A DNA stretch of 40,123 nucleotides from a virus (lineage: Duplodnaviria; Caudoviricetes): positions 1-40,123 of the IMG/VR virus record IMGVR_UViG_3300011443_000030; one strand, given 5' to 3'. A program made the position numbers and the translations under genes. Below, in pieces: positions 16,982 to 25,978 of this stretch. A model generated the notes under the pieces. That model saw nothing but the letters and a program-made list of their open reading frames with translations, made no database searches and had not been told where the DNA came from. Every line of letters begins with the position of its first letter. The stretch's first letter is position 1.

Positions 16982-17479
16982 ATGACTACCACAGAGCAAA
17001 AAACCGTAAATGAATTACTCCAAGTCGCAAGGGATTTGAGGGAGGCGAACAATAATTTTCGACTGGAAGTTGAAGCCAAGCTAAAAAGTGTAGAGGGCAA
17101 AATTGAACAGAAGCACTATCCTATGATTTTGGAAAACGAAATTCAGCTGGCTGTTCAATCTTCAATAAAAACAGCAATTGAAAGTGCATTAACTGGATAT
17201 AATTCTCCGCTACAAAAGTATGCTGTTAATGTTGTGCAAAAATACCAATCGAGCATAGAAGCCATTTTCGACGGAGTGGTATCGGAAGCAATAGCAACGG
17301 ATGAATTTAAGCAGCGGGTAAGAGATGTTTTGATCAGCAAAATTGCAAAATCAATGGTATCCGGTGTTGATGGAAGTGTTGATAAAACTATCAACCTGAT
17401 GAAACAGGATGCGGTTTTCAGAAGCCGCCTGACTCTTGCAGTGAATGGATTGGTTGACGAATTTCTTCAGAAAAAATAA
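16982..17479 (+). CDS. Hypothetical helical protein
   Basis: 165-aa ORF in the early operon. Confidence 0.65.
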   Translation: MTTTEQKTVNELLQVARDLREANNNFRLEVEAKLKSVEGKIEQKHYPMILENEIQLAVQSSIKTAIESALTGYNSPLQKYAVNVVQKYQSSIEAIFDGVVSEAIATDEFKQRVRDVLISKIAKSMVSGVDGSVDKTINLMKQDAVFRSRLTLAVNGLVDEFLQKK

Positions 17480-17490
17480 ACCAGCGAAAA

Positions 17491-17985
17491 AGGAAACCTG
17501 ACAAATGAATCTTAAAAATTACACATCCGAAGTCCCTGCAAGCAAAAGCATGGGATTAATAACCGAAATGCTTGTTGAGATAGGAGCATCAAATATCAAT
17601 ATGCAGTACAAGGATAAAGTCTGTGTCGGAATTACTTTCCTGATTTTCGATTCTAAAGTAAACCAGACAATCCCTTTTCACTTGAAAGTCCGCTCAGAGG
17701 AATGCTTTAACATCCTCTGGAAACAAATTAAAAAACCTATTGAAGGCACCCGGGAACGGCTCATTGAACAAGCTAACAGAACTTCATGGAAAATCCTTTC
17801 TGACTGGGTGCAAATACAGTGTTCAATGATCATGCTCGGACAAGCAGAACCACTTCAAATGTTCCTGCCATTCGTGTATGATGTAAAAAATGACGAGACT
17901 TTCTATGACAAGGTTGTGAATGGAAAAGCTCAATTGATGTTAACGACCGGATAAACTAAAAGCAATTAGGAAACCTGACAAATGA
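17491..17985 (+). repeat. 18-bp direct repeat AGGAAACCTGACAAATGA including the start codons of two successive genes
   Basis: Exact copies at 17491-17508 and 17968-17985; near copy GAAACCTGACACATG at 22032-22046. Confidence 0.85.
17505..17954 (+). CDS. Conserved hypothetical phage protein
   Basis: LKNYTS.V...KS, QANRTSWKILSDWV and QMFLPF motifs. Confidence 0.65.
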   Translation: MNLKNYTSEVPASKSMGLITEMLVEIGASNINMQYKDKVCVGITFLIFDSKVNQTIPFHLKVRSEECFNILWKQIKKPIEGTRERLIEQANRTSWKILSDWVQIQCSMIMLGQAEPLQMFLPFVYDVKNDETFYDKVVNGKAQLMLTTG

Positions 17986-18494
17986 CCTACACGCTCGCCT
18001 CCACACTACCAGCCTCCATCACTCACATTCGAAAAGATTCGATTCGGGAAAGCCTTTCCGATTTCCGGAATATGGAACACCGACTGGAATATGTCATGAC
18101 TGTGAATGATGTTGAGGTAATCAACGATTCTAAAGCTACGAACGTTGGTTCTACTTGGTACGCACTGGAGTGCATGGATCGACCTGTGATATGGATCGCT
18201 GGCGGCATCGACAAAGGAAATGACTACCGGCAGATTCAACCGCTGGTGAAAGAAAAAGTGAAAGCGATCATACTTCTCGGTCCCGGAAACGAGCACATGG
18301 TTCAAGCATTTAATCATCTTATCCCGTGGATCAATACTTCCAAGAGTATGGAAGAAGCAGTTACTAAGGCGCTGTTACATGCAAAGGATGGTGATGTGAT
18401 TCTGCTCTCACCTGCATGCGCCTCCTTCAACCTCTTCCAGAATTATGAAGACCGCGGACGTCAATTTAAAACCTGGATAAACCTACTGTCATGA
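17982..18494 (+). CDS. murD: Stand-alone C-terminal domain of MurD (UDP-MurNAc-L-Ala:D-Glu ligase)
   Basis: EHRLEYV, INDSKATNV, WIAGGIDKGNDY and LLSPACASFNLFQNYEDRG are MurD signatures; N-terminal and ATPase domains are absent. Confidence 0.9.
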   Translation: MTYTLASTLPASITHIRKDSIRESLSDFRNMEHRLEYVMTVNDVEVINDSKATNVGSTWYALECMDRPVIWIAGGIDKGNDYRQIQPLVKEKVKAIILLGPGNEHMVQAFNHLIPWINTSKSMEEAVTKALLHAKDGDVILLSPACASFNLFQNYEDRGRQFKTWINLLS

Positions 18495-18676
18495 CCGGAA
18501 TATTAATCGCAATCGGAGTTCTGTTTCTCTGTGCAGTTGCAATCGCATGGGACATGTACTATGAGAATATTACGGATGAAGAACTGTGCGAGCACCATGG
18601 AATTTATCACCGCCGCGATCAGGTGTGTGAAATGTGTTACCAGGAAGAAATGTCAGAAATAGAAAATATGTCATGA
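18491..18676 (+). CDS. Small TM protein with a Zn-ribbon-like motif
   Basis: Hydrophobic N-terminus, CEHHG...CEMC; ATGA-coupled. Confidence 0.55.
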   Translation: MTGILIAIGVLFLCAVAIAWDMYYENITDEELCEHHGIYHRRDQVCEMCYQEEMSEIENMS

Positions 18677-18876
18677 GCGATAAAATAAAAACCAAGCTGC
18701 AGTTAATGTCAATCGAATTGGTGAATCAAAAATACAGTAGCCACTATCTTTTAACATTTGAAGGTCAGTGGCCTTCGGAACTGGTGAAATTAAAGTTTGA
18801 GAATATCTCCGGATACAGACCGGGGAACTGGTATGAATTGGAAATTCATATAACTGAAACCAATATTCCAGCGTAA
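18673..18876 (+). CDS. Hypothetical protein
   Basis: ATG 18673 overlapping the upstream stop. Confidence 0.5.
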   Translation: MSDKIKTKLQLMSIELVNQKYSSHYLLTFEGQWPSELVKLKFENISGYRPGNWYELEIHITETNIPA

Positions 18877-18881
18877 GGAAA

Positions 18882-20567
18882 ATGAACCAAATAATAAAAG
18901 GGAGAAACGAATTTGAAATCCGGTTTCAGTACCGGCAGTTCATTGTGAACGCCGTTAAGGAACTTCCCGGAAGGCGTTACCGTTCCGATTCAAAATGCTG
19001 GACCGTTCCGCTTTCGTTTGCTGACAAGGTGGAAGCATTCGCGAAAAAATACCGGTTTGAGTTTTCGGATTCTTCTAACCCACATCAGGAAATAAATTTA
19101 CCTGCTTTGCCTCCACTTCCTGAGCTTACACAAACGATCTACCTCAAAGGTGATATGTTCCCTTTCCAGAAACGTGGTGTTGCATACGGCCTTCAGAAGA
19201 AGCGTCTCATCATCGGCGATGAGCCCGGACTTGGAAAAACATTACAATCCATTTCCATCATTACCGGTGCCGATGCTTTTCCCTGTCTGGTGATCTGTCC
19301 CTCCTCCTTGAAAATAAACTGGCAACGTGAATGGAGCATGTGGACTCACAAGCGCGCCGTGATCCTGGATGAGAAGATTGCAAAGAACTGGGTGTATTAT
19401 AATTCTGTAGGATACCGAATGGATGTTGCGATTGTAAATTATGAATCACTCAAAAAATATTTCGTGAGTGAAATGCCGGAAAAAGGAAAGAACGGATTAA
19501 AACTCAAAGACATCAAGTTTTCAAATTTCAAGGATGTATTCAAGAGTATCATCATTGATGAATCCCACCGGGTGAAATCATTCGCAGCACTTCAAACAAA
19601 ACTCACCAGGGGAATTGCTGATGGAAAAGAATACCGGCTGGCACTTACTGGAACTCCGGTCCTGAATAAACCTTCCGATCTGTGTGCGCAGCTTGGGATC
19701 ATCGGTCAGCTTAATGCCATCACTGGTGATCATAAACCTTATCCCACTTTCATTAACCGGTATTGTCAGGGAGGAAACGGAGCTGCCAATTTAAAGGAGC
19801 TGAACTATAAACTGAATATGAATTGCTTTTACCGCAGGGCAAAAGAAGAAGTGCTCACGGAGCTGCCGGCGAAAATGCGCCAGGTAATCCTTTCCGATAT
19901 CTCCACAAGAAGAGAATACAATGATGCAATCCGAGATCTGGAACAATACTTAAAAGAGTATAGAAATGCATCGGATGAACAAATTGCAAAATCCATGCGT
20001 GGGGAAATCATGGTCCGGATCGGAGTCTGCAAAAACATTTCAGCTCGCGGAAAATTGCGCGAGGTTCGGGAATTCATAGATGACACGATTGAGGCTAATC
20101 AGAAGCTGATTGTTTTTGCACATTTGAAAGCAGTCTTTGATGACCTGATGAAACTATATCCGGAAGCAGTTACCATCCGCGGTCAGGACTCCATGGATGA
20201 CAGGCAACGCGCGATAGATAAATTCCAGAATGATCCGGAACAGAAACTGATATTCTGCTCCATCAAAGCTGCAGGAGTTGGATTGACATTAACAGCCAGC
20301 TCCCGTGTTGCATTCATTGAGCTCCCATGGACCGCTGCAGACTGTGACCAGTGCGAGGATCGCGCTCACCGTATCGGGCAGCAGGATTCTGTGATGTGTA
20401 CCTATTTCCTTGGTAAGGATACCATTGATGAAAAGATATATCAAATCATTCAGGACAAGCGCGACATACATAACCAGGTTGTAGGAAACACTGTGGAGAT
20501 TGAAACCAGTATCGTGGACAATCTGCTGAATTTATTTAACCAACCAAAAATGGAGGAAGTGCAATGA
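18882..20567 (+). CDS. SNF2-family helicase with an N-terminal HARP-like domain
   Basis: GDEPGLGKT, DESH, LTGTP, GVGLTL, QCEDRAHRIGQ. Confidence 0.92.
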   Translation: MNQIIKGRNEFEIRFQYRQFIVNAVKELPGRRYRSDSKCWTVPLSFADKVEAFAKKYRFEFSDSSNPHQEINLPALPPLPELTQTIYLKGDMFPFQKRGVAYGLQKKRLIIGDEPGLGKTLQSISIITGADAFPCLVICPSSLKINWQREWSMWTHKRAVILDEKIAKNWVYYNSVGYRMDVAIVNYESLKKYFVSEMPEKGKNGLKLKDIKFSNFKDVFKSIIIDESHRVKSFAALQTKLTRGIADGKEYRLALTGTPVLNKPSDLCAQLGIIGQLNAITGDHKPYPTFINRYCQGGNGAANLKELNYKLNMNCFYRRAKEEVLTELPAKMRQVILSDISTRREYNDAIRDLEQYLKEYRNASDEQIAKSMRGEIMVRIGVCKNISARGKLREVREFIDDTIEANQKLIVFAHLKAVFDDLMKLYPEAVTIRGQDSMDDRQRAIDKFQNDPEQKLIFCSIKAAGVGLTLTASSRVAFIELPWTAADCDQCEDRAHRIGQQDSVMCTYFLGKDTIDEKIYQIIQDKRDIHNQVVGNTVEIETSIVDNLLNLFNQPKMEEVQ

Positions 20568-21247
20568 AACAACGACCGATACTATTCAGCACTCCGATGG
20601 TGCAAGCAATTCTGGATGGAAGGAAAACTATGACCAGGAGGATAATGAAACCACAACCGTGGGTTTTTAGTCAACCTGACAATGGAATTGAGGATCCAGC
20701 ACACGAAGAATGGAATTGGCCAATACCCAAAAGTGAATTCAAGGGAGAAGCTATTGGAATGATATCACATCCATCAGCATTTTATAAATACTGTCCCTAC
20801 GGCCAGCCCGGTGATGTGTTGTGGGTGAGGGAAGGTTTCGCGCCGTTCGTCGGCATGATTCGTCAACCGCGCGATTATAAATATAAAGCCGATAATAACG
20901 CATTACACAAGGATGTAAAATGGAAGCCCTCCATACACATGCCGAAATCAGCATGCAGATTGTTTCTGGAAGTTGCTTCGGTGAAAGTGGAAAGGTTGCA
21001 GGATATAACGGAATCTGATGCAATTGCCGAAGGTATTGAATCTGATCCATTGGGACCAGTTGAAATACACGACCACGAAGAACTATTTTATAAAAATTAT
21101 CAATTCCCAGAATCTAAATTCCGGTATGTCGATGCAAAAAAATCATTTGCATCATTATGGATGTCTATTCATGGCTCCGAATCATGGAATCAGAATCCGT
21201 GGGTGTGGGTAATTGAATTTAAACGAAATGAATGGCCGCAGCTATGA
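20564..21247 (+). CDS. ASCH/PUA-like phage protein
   Basis: PILFSTPMVQAILDGRKTMTRR, CPYGQPGD.LWVRE, WKPSIHMP, NPWVWVIEF. Confidence 0.8.
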   Translation: MKQRPILFSTPMVQAILDGRKTMTRRIMKPQPWVFSQPDNGIEDPAHEEWNWPIPKSEFKGEAIGMISHPSAFYKYCPYGQPGDVLWVREGFAPFVGMIRQPRDYKYKADNNALHKDVKWKPSIHMPKSACRLFLEVASVKVERLQDITESDAIAEGIESDPLGPVEIHDHEELFYKNYQFPESKFRYVDAKKSFASLWMSIHGSESWNQNPWVWVIEFKRNEWPQL

Positions 21248-21498
21248 CAACGATTGCTGAGGCCTACACCAAGTTGACTGATAAAATTAAGGAGGTAAAA
21301 GATCTTCAGCGACAAATGTTTGAGTTCAATGAAAAAGTAAAAGCCGCAGGAGTTGAGCCAATACCCTGGATTGAATTACACAGATTGGAAGACAGGATCC
21401 GATCACGGGTGTGGGCGCTTGAACAAGGCATTGAAAAATTAGTGGCACTGGCCTATAAGCAAGATGCAGAAAACGGAACTGATAAACCATCATACTAA
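21232..21498 (+). CDS. Hypothetical coiled-coil protein
   Basis: ORF in the operon; start may be ATG 21244. Confidence 0.55.
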   Translation: MAAAMTTIAEAYTKLTDKIKEVKDLQRQMFEFNEKVKAAGVEPIPWIELHRLEDRIRSRVWALEQGIEKLVALAYKQDAENGTDKPSY

Positions 21499-21511
21499 AA
21501 CTTCAACCACT

Positions 21512-22018
21512 ATGAAAGACGATCTCTCCAACATCACATTTCAATTGCCGCTAACGGTAAAGAATAAACTGCTTATCATGGCCGGTCCGGATCCTCGGAG
21601 CCTGGCTTCCTTCATGCGAAAAATCTGCGAGCGTGTTACCAAAGACGTTACTCTTCCAGGTCCCGATGAACACACTCCCCACAAGCCTTATGAGATCCCG
21701 GATGAGGTTTATGTTGCCATCGGCAACGCTGCATCCTCCGAGCTTACAGAAAAGAATGATGTCGCTCCGGTCAATATTCAGGGATCGCCTATCGGATGGG
21801 GAGAGTCTGAATTCGCAGGAGTGAATAAGGAAAGGAAGAAGATCACCAGGAACCGCCCTGCAGGACTCACCTACAAAAAACAGGAGCCGGAAGTTTACAT
21901 CACCCTCAAATCAAAGCCGGAGCCATCCGAAGTGAAGGACCGCGACTATTCCACAGTGATCGATCCGGAAGCGTTACAACCTACACAGAAAACAAAGTGG
22001 ATGAATAATTTTAAATAA
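21512..22018 (+). CDS. Protein with an N-terminal ribbon-helix-helix-like domain
   Basis: NITFQLPLTVKNKLLIMA...RSLASFMRKICE fits the RHH pattern; ATG 21512 has an A-rich leader. Confidence 0.5.
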   Translation: MKDDLSNITFQLPLTVKNKLLIMAGPDPRSLASFMRKICERVTKDVTLPGPDEHTPHKPYEIPDEVYVAIGNAASSELTEKNDVAPVNIQGSPIGWGESEFAGVNKERKKITRNRPAGLTYKKQEPEVYITLKSKPEPSEVKDRDYSTVIDPEALQPTQKTKWMNNFK

Positions 22019-22043
22019 CCAATCTAAAAACGAAACCTGACAC

Positions 22044-22472
22044 ATGGGGAGAGAAAAAAGTTACAGCGAAAAGCTGAAGGATCCGCGATGGCAAAAGAAA
22101 CGGCTGGAGATTTTTAACCGTGATAACTGGAAGTGCACCAGCTGCCGTGCTGAAAACAAAACCCTTCATATTCACCATAAAGCTTATCAGTCCGGTCTTG
22201 AACCGTGGGAGTATCGCAATGACCAGCTGGCAACATTATGCGACAGCTGCCACAAAAGAGAGCATGAGCAAATCATTGACCCGGTTCGAAAATATGAGCA
22301 CCTGATTGATTACAGCGAGCCTCCTGAGGTTATCAACTCCCTGAATATCCAGATCGGTCAGCTGCAAAATAAGCTTAAGGAGGATATCTCCGATGAGCTT
22401 ACAACTGAAATTTTAGGAAACATCATTTTTATCAGAAACAAAATCAAAGAACTTATAACGGCGGGGAAATAA
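22044..22472 (+). CDS. HNH endonuclease
   Basis: DPRWQKKRLEI..RD.W.CTSC, LHIHH, TLCDSCH...H. Confidence 0.85.
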   Translation: MGREKSYSEKLKDPRWQKKRLEIFNRDNWKCTSCRAENKTLHIHHKAYQSGLEPWEYRNDQLATLCDSCHKREHEQIIDPVRKYEHLIDYSEPPEVINSLNIQIGQLQNKLKEDISDELTTEILGNIIFIRNKIKELITAGK

Positions 22473-22475
22473 AAC

Positions 22476-23243
22476 ATGTCAGGATGGATCAAACTACACC
22501 GAAGTATAATTAATAAGTCATGGTTCTCAAAGCCAGACTACACGCTGCTTTGGATATATATGCTCCTTGAAGCCTCGCACGCAGAGCGGAAAGTTATGTG
22601 GAATGGCCGCGAGATGCTACTAAAACCGGGGCAGTTCATAACAGGACGCCGTAAAATGGCCGTCGATTCACAGCTTCACGAATCTAAGATAGAACGCATC
22701 TTAAAATGTTTTGAAATCGAACAACAAATCGAACAACAAAAAAGCAACACAAGTAGGTTAATATCAATACTTAATTATAAAAAGTATCAGGACCTCGAAC
22801 AGCATTTCGAACAACAAATGAACAACAAACGAACAACCAGTGAACAACGGGTGAACACTAAACAAGAATTAAAAGAATTAAAGAATAATACAAGGGGTAG
22901 GCAACCCGCAAAGCGGGTATGCCGGTTTGTTGAATTTATCAACGTGACCTTTTCCCGAAACTTCAAGCCGATATCAAAAGTTGTTTCAGCTTTCGAAGCC
23001 AGGCTCAAACAGTACGATGATAAAACTCTGTTCGATGTGGTTAACAACATCAAGGCTTCAACCTACCATGCGGAAACAAATTTCAAATACGCTACCCCAG
23101 AATTCATTCTACGAGAAACAACTATCGAAAAATACAAAGACGGTCCCATCATCAACATCGCAAAATTTTCTTCCCATGAGTCAGAACCAAAAAAAGGACA
23201 GAAGTATGATCCGGAATCAGACTACCTCGCTGAGTTTAGGTAA
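22476..23243 (+). CDS. Phage replication initiator
   Basis: GWIKLHR N-terminus, GQFITGR, internal iterons, C-terminal TPEFILR...EKY. Confidence 0.8.
   Translation: MSGWIKLHRSIINKSWFSKPDYTLLWIYMLLEASHAERKVMWNGREMLLKPGQFITGRRKMAVDSQLHESKIERILKCFEIEQQIEQQKSNTSRLISILNYKKYQDLEQHFEQQMNNKRTTSEQRVNTKQELKELKNNTRGRQPAKRVCRFVEFINVTFSRNFKPISKVVSAFEARLKQYDDKTLFDVVNNIKASTYHAETNFKYATPEFILRETTIEKYKDGPIINIAKFSSHESEPKKGQKYDPESDYLAEFR
22717..22890 (+). repeat. Iteron array, probable replication origin
   Basis: GAACAAC-like units at 22719, 22731, 22797, 22809, 22820, 22831, 22842 and 22853, followed by AT-rich AAGAATTAAA repeats. Confidence 0.7.
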
Positions 23244-24678
23244 GCTGCCACCACAGTCCGTCGACATCGAGAAGTCGCTGATCGGAAGTATTATCAACTT
23301 CGGTCAGTGGGCTGATTTAGTCCCGTGGTTGAAGCCGGAGCATTTTTACCGCGATGCACATCAGTTGATCTGGAAAGCAATCAGTCAGGTGGAGCACACC
23401 TCTCTGGTTTCTGTAACAAACTACCTGAAGAACTCTGGCGATCTGGAAAGCGCAGGAGGTCCTTACTACCTGACTAAACTCACAGAGAACCACATCAACC
23501 CCGCCAATGCGGAGTATTACGGACGCATCATCCAGCAGATGTGGATCAAGCGCGAAGTGATTCGAATAAGCAACAAAGCTTCCATGGATGCCTACGATGA
23601 TTCCATCGACTGCATACAGCTGTTTGATGATTTCCGTAACAGCGTTGAACAGGTCGAGGAAATCTTTGCACCAGGAAAAATTGGTAGTAGAATTATTTCC
23701 GGACGAGATAACGAAATGCCAGACCTGATGATCGCAATGCAGGGTGTGAAATTTACTGGTGCAACAACCGGTTATGAAAAAATGGATACGCACTTCCGTT
23801 TCAAACCGCAGAACTTTGTGATCATCAACGGACATGACAACGTGGGTAAAACTTTCGCCATCATCCACCTTGCCGTTTGCGTGAATAAACTCCACGGATG
23901 GAAATGGATTCTTGCCTGCATGGAAAACACCGAGAGCAGGGTTCGCCAGGATATCATTCAGTCAAAAACCGGTAAGCATTTAAGCCAACTAACACAGCAG
24001 GAATTCTTATCCTGGTACGAATGGTCACTGGAAAACTTTACCATCCTGAGAATATCTGATCAGATAACCGCTGATGAACTTCTCCGGTCCGCACAGAAAG
24101 TGAACCGGTCGTTTCATGCACAAGGTTTCTTCATAGATCCATACAACGCACTGGCGCTTCCCAGAACCAAGGATAAATTCTTCAATAGTCACGAATATCA
24201 CTACGAGGTTACCGGACGCATGCGCAACTGGATCCGGCAAAACGACTGTTCTATTTTCCTGTCCACGCACGCCGTTACCGAAGCGTTACGCGCAAAGCAC
24301 AAGGGTGGGGAATACGACGGTTACCCGATGCCTCCTCAGAAAGCTGACGTGGAAGGAGGGGGTAAGTTCGCCAATCGCGCCGACGATTTCATCACCATTC
24401 ACCGCTACACGAACCATCCTACAGAAAATAACTTCACTCATTTCCACGTGCGCAAGATCAAAGACACTCAGACCGGAGGCCGTCCTACGATTGTTGATGA
24501 TCCAGTTAAGCTGCGAACCATGAAAGGTTATTTCGGATTGTTTGATGAAGAAGGAAATTCTCCCTTGGTAAATGTTCATTTACCGAAAATTGTAAATACT
24601 CCCGTAGCTCCTACAACAATACCAGCAAAGAATTTTTATGAACCCGAAAAGTCGGATGATTCCGAACTGCCATTCTGA
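23206..24678 (+). CDS. Replicative SF4 helicase with a DnaB N-terminal domain
   Basis: LPPQSVDIEKSLIG, LKPEHFY...HQLIW, Walker A GHDNVGKT, IDPYN; start at 23206 or 23176. Confidence 0.85.
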   Translation: MIRNQTTSLSLGKLPPQSVDIEKSLIGSIINFGQWADLVPWLKPEHFYRDAHQLIWKAISQVEHTSLVSVTNYLKNSGDLESAGGPYYLTKLTENHINPANAEYYGRIIQQMWIKREVIRISNKASMDAYDDSIDCIQLFDDFRNSVEQVEEIFAPGKIGSRIISGRDNEMPDLMIAMQGVKFTGATTGYEKMDTHFRFKPQNFVIINGHDNVGKTFAIIHLAVCVNKLHGWKWILACMENTESRVRQDIIQSKTGKHLSQLTQQEFLSWYEWSLENFTILRISDQITADELLRSAQKVNRSFHAQGFFIDPYNALALPRTKDKFFNSHEYHYEVTGRMRNWIRQNDCSIFLSTHAVTEALRAKHKGGEYDGYPMPPQKADVEGGGKFANRADDFITIHRYTNHPTENNFTHFHVRKIKDTQTGGRPTIVDDPVKLRTMKGYFGLFDEEGNSPLVNVHLPKIVNTPVAPTTIPAKNFYEPEKSDDSELPF

Positions 24679-24700
24679 TGATACTGATAAAAACTGATTT

Positions 24701-25126
24701 GTGATGGGTGCACAGGAAGTTTGGACACCTGAACAGCTGAAAGCGTGGGCAGCAACCAGGAAAGATCCCGTGGGCGATACTTCAGGAAAACAGCCTGGTC
24801 GCGGCCACACTCAAGCAGGTGGCAATTCCTGCAAGGATGAACTCTCCGGGCTTATCTTCCATGTGTTGAAGCTCACTCCTCAAACCGAATTGCAATTCGC
24901 CAAACCTCGGAAGTTTCGTTTTGATTTTGCTTTCCCGGAAATGAAGCTGGCTATCGAGTACGAAGGAATGTTCTCAGAAAAATCCGGTCACACATCAATC
25001 GCAGGTTATTCGGATAATTGCCAGAAGTATAACCTGGCACTGAAACTTGGCTGGCGAGTGCTGCGATACACGGCGCTGAATTACAAAGAAGTTTTGATTG
25101 ATCTTCCGCTGTTGATGAACAAGTGA
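24701..25126 (+). CDS. Vsr/DUF559-like PD-(D/E)XK endonuclease
   Basis: RKFRFDFAFPEMKLAIEYEG...KYN.A..LGWRVLRYT. Confidence 0.8.
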   Translation: MMGAQEVWTPEQLKAWAATRKDPVGDTSGKQPGRGHTQAGGNSCKDELSGLIFHVLKLTPQTELQFAKPRKFRFDFAFPEMKLAIEYEGMFSEKSGHTSIAGYSDNCQKYNLALKLGWRVLRYTALNYKEVLIDLPLLMNK

Positions 25127-25193
25127 AAATTTCACAACAAACATTGCTTTTTTCAAAAATATTTAATTATACATTGGGCGCGTTCACTCACCA

Positions 25194-25418
25194 ATGGAAA
25201 TTTCCCGCAAACAATTAATCGAAGTTAAACTGGCCACATGCCGCACCTGCCCACATTACAACAGATGGGTCGGCACCTGCGGCACTCCGGTAATTGGTTC
25301 GTTAATACAAACCGATTCAGTCGCGGCGCAGCTTTGCGGGTGCAACATGCGGATTAAGCTCGGACTATATCCGGAATCGGTATGTCCGGTAAACAGGTTT
25401 ACAGCTACAGGAAAATGA
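25194..25418 (+). CDS. Small Cys-rich (Zn-finger-like) protein preceding terminase
   Basis: CRTCP, CG, CGC..RIK, CPVNRF. Confidence 0.65.
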   Translation: MEISRKQLIEVKLATCRTCPHYNRWVGTCGTPVIGSLIQTDSVAAQLCGCNMRIKLGLYPESVCPVNRFTATGK

Positions 25419-25978
25419 AGAAAGCTGCTAAAAAAGTTTCGAAACCCAAGGCGAGGAAATTCACACCCAAGCAACTGCGGTTCTGTCAGGAATATATCAT
25501 TGATCAAAATGCTACAGCAGCCGCACTACGTGCTGGATTTTCAAAGAACGGGGTAACTTCAACCGCTTTCAACCTGATGCAGTTTGATCATGTGAAAAAG
25601 AAAATCGCGGAGCTGCAAAGCAAAACTGCAACCAGGCTGGAAATAACCGTTGAGGGAATTGCAAAAGAATATCAGCAGATCGTTGAAGCGAACATTGTGG
25701 ATTTTCTGGATGAGGATGGAGGAATTACAAACCTGAAAAAACTTCCACGTGAAATCACAGCTGCGATCGAATCGATAAAGGTTTCTTCCTACTTCGACAA
25801 AAAGGAAAATCGGGTTGTGAACGTGATGACCTTCAAACTTCATAATAAAAACCAGGCATTGGAAGCTCTGGCAAAACATCTTGGATTCTTCGAACGTGAT
25901 AACAAACAGAAATCAGAAATCGCTCTGAAAGGATTCTCCTGGGAAACGCTGCTTCAAAACCATAAATCATCAACGTGA
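25415..25978 (+). CDS. terS: Terminase small subunit
   Basis: TPKQLRFCQEYIIDQNATAAALRAGFS; KLHNKNQALEALAKHLG. Confidence 0.9.
   Translation: MKKAAKKVSKPKARKFTPKQLRFCQEYIIDQNATAAALRAGFSKNGVTSTAFNLMQFDHVKKKIAELQSKTATRLEITVEGIAKEYQQIVEANIVDFLDEDGGITNLKKLPREITAAIESIKVSSYFDKKENRVVNVMTFKLHNKNQALEALAKHLGFFERDNKQKSEIALKGFSWETLLQNHKSST

Noticed and set aside
17982-18494. murD as host chromosomal flank, integration site or pseudogene
   Set aside because: Both neighbours are phage genes, attP is at ~11.37 kb, and the ORF is intact and translationally coupled.
22981-23205. Long N-terminal extension of the helicase from TTG 22981
   Set aside because: It overlaps the initiator gene by over 250 nt and DnaB similarity starts only after 23206.
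25154-25177. Promoter-like elements before the terminase operon
   Set aside because: TACATTGG mismatches the -7 consensus and neither strand has a properly spaced -33 element; plausible but unsupported.
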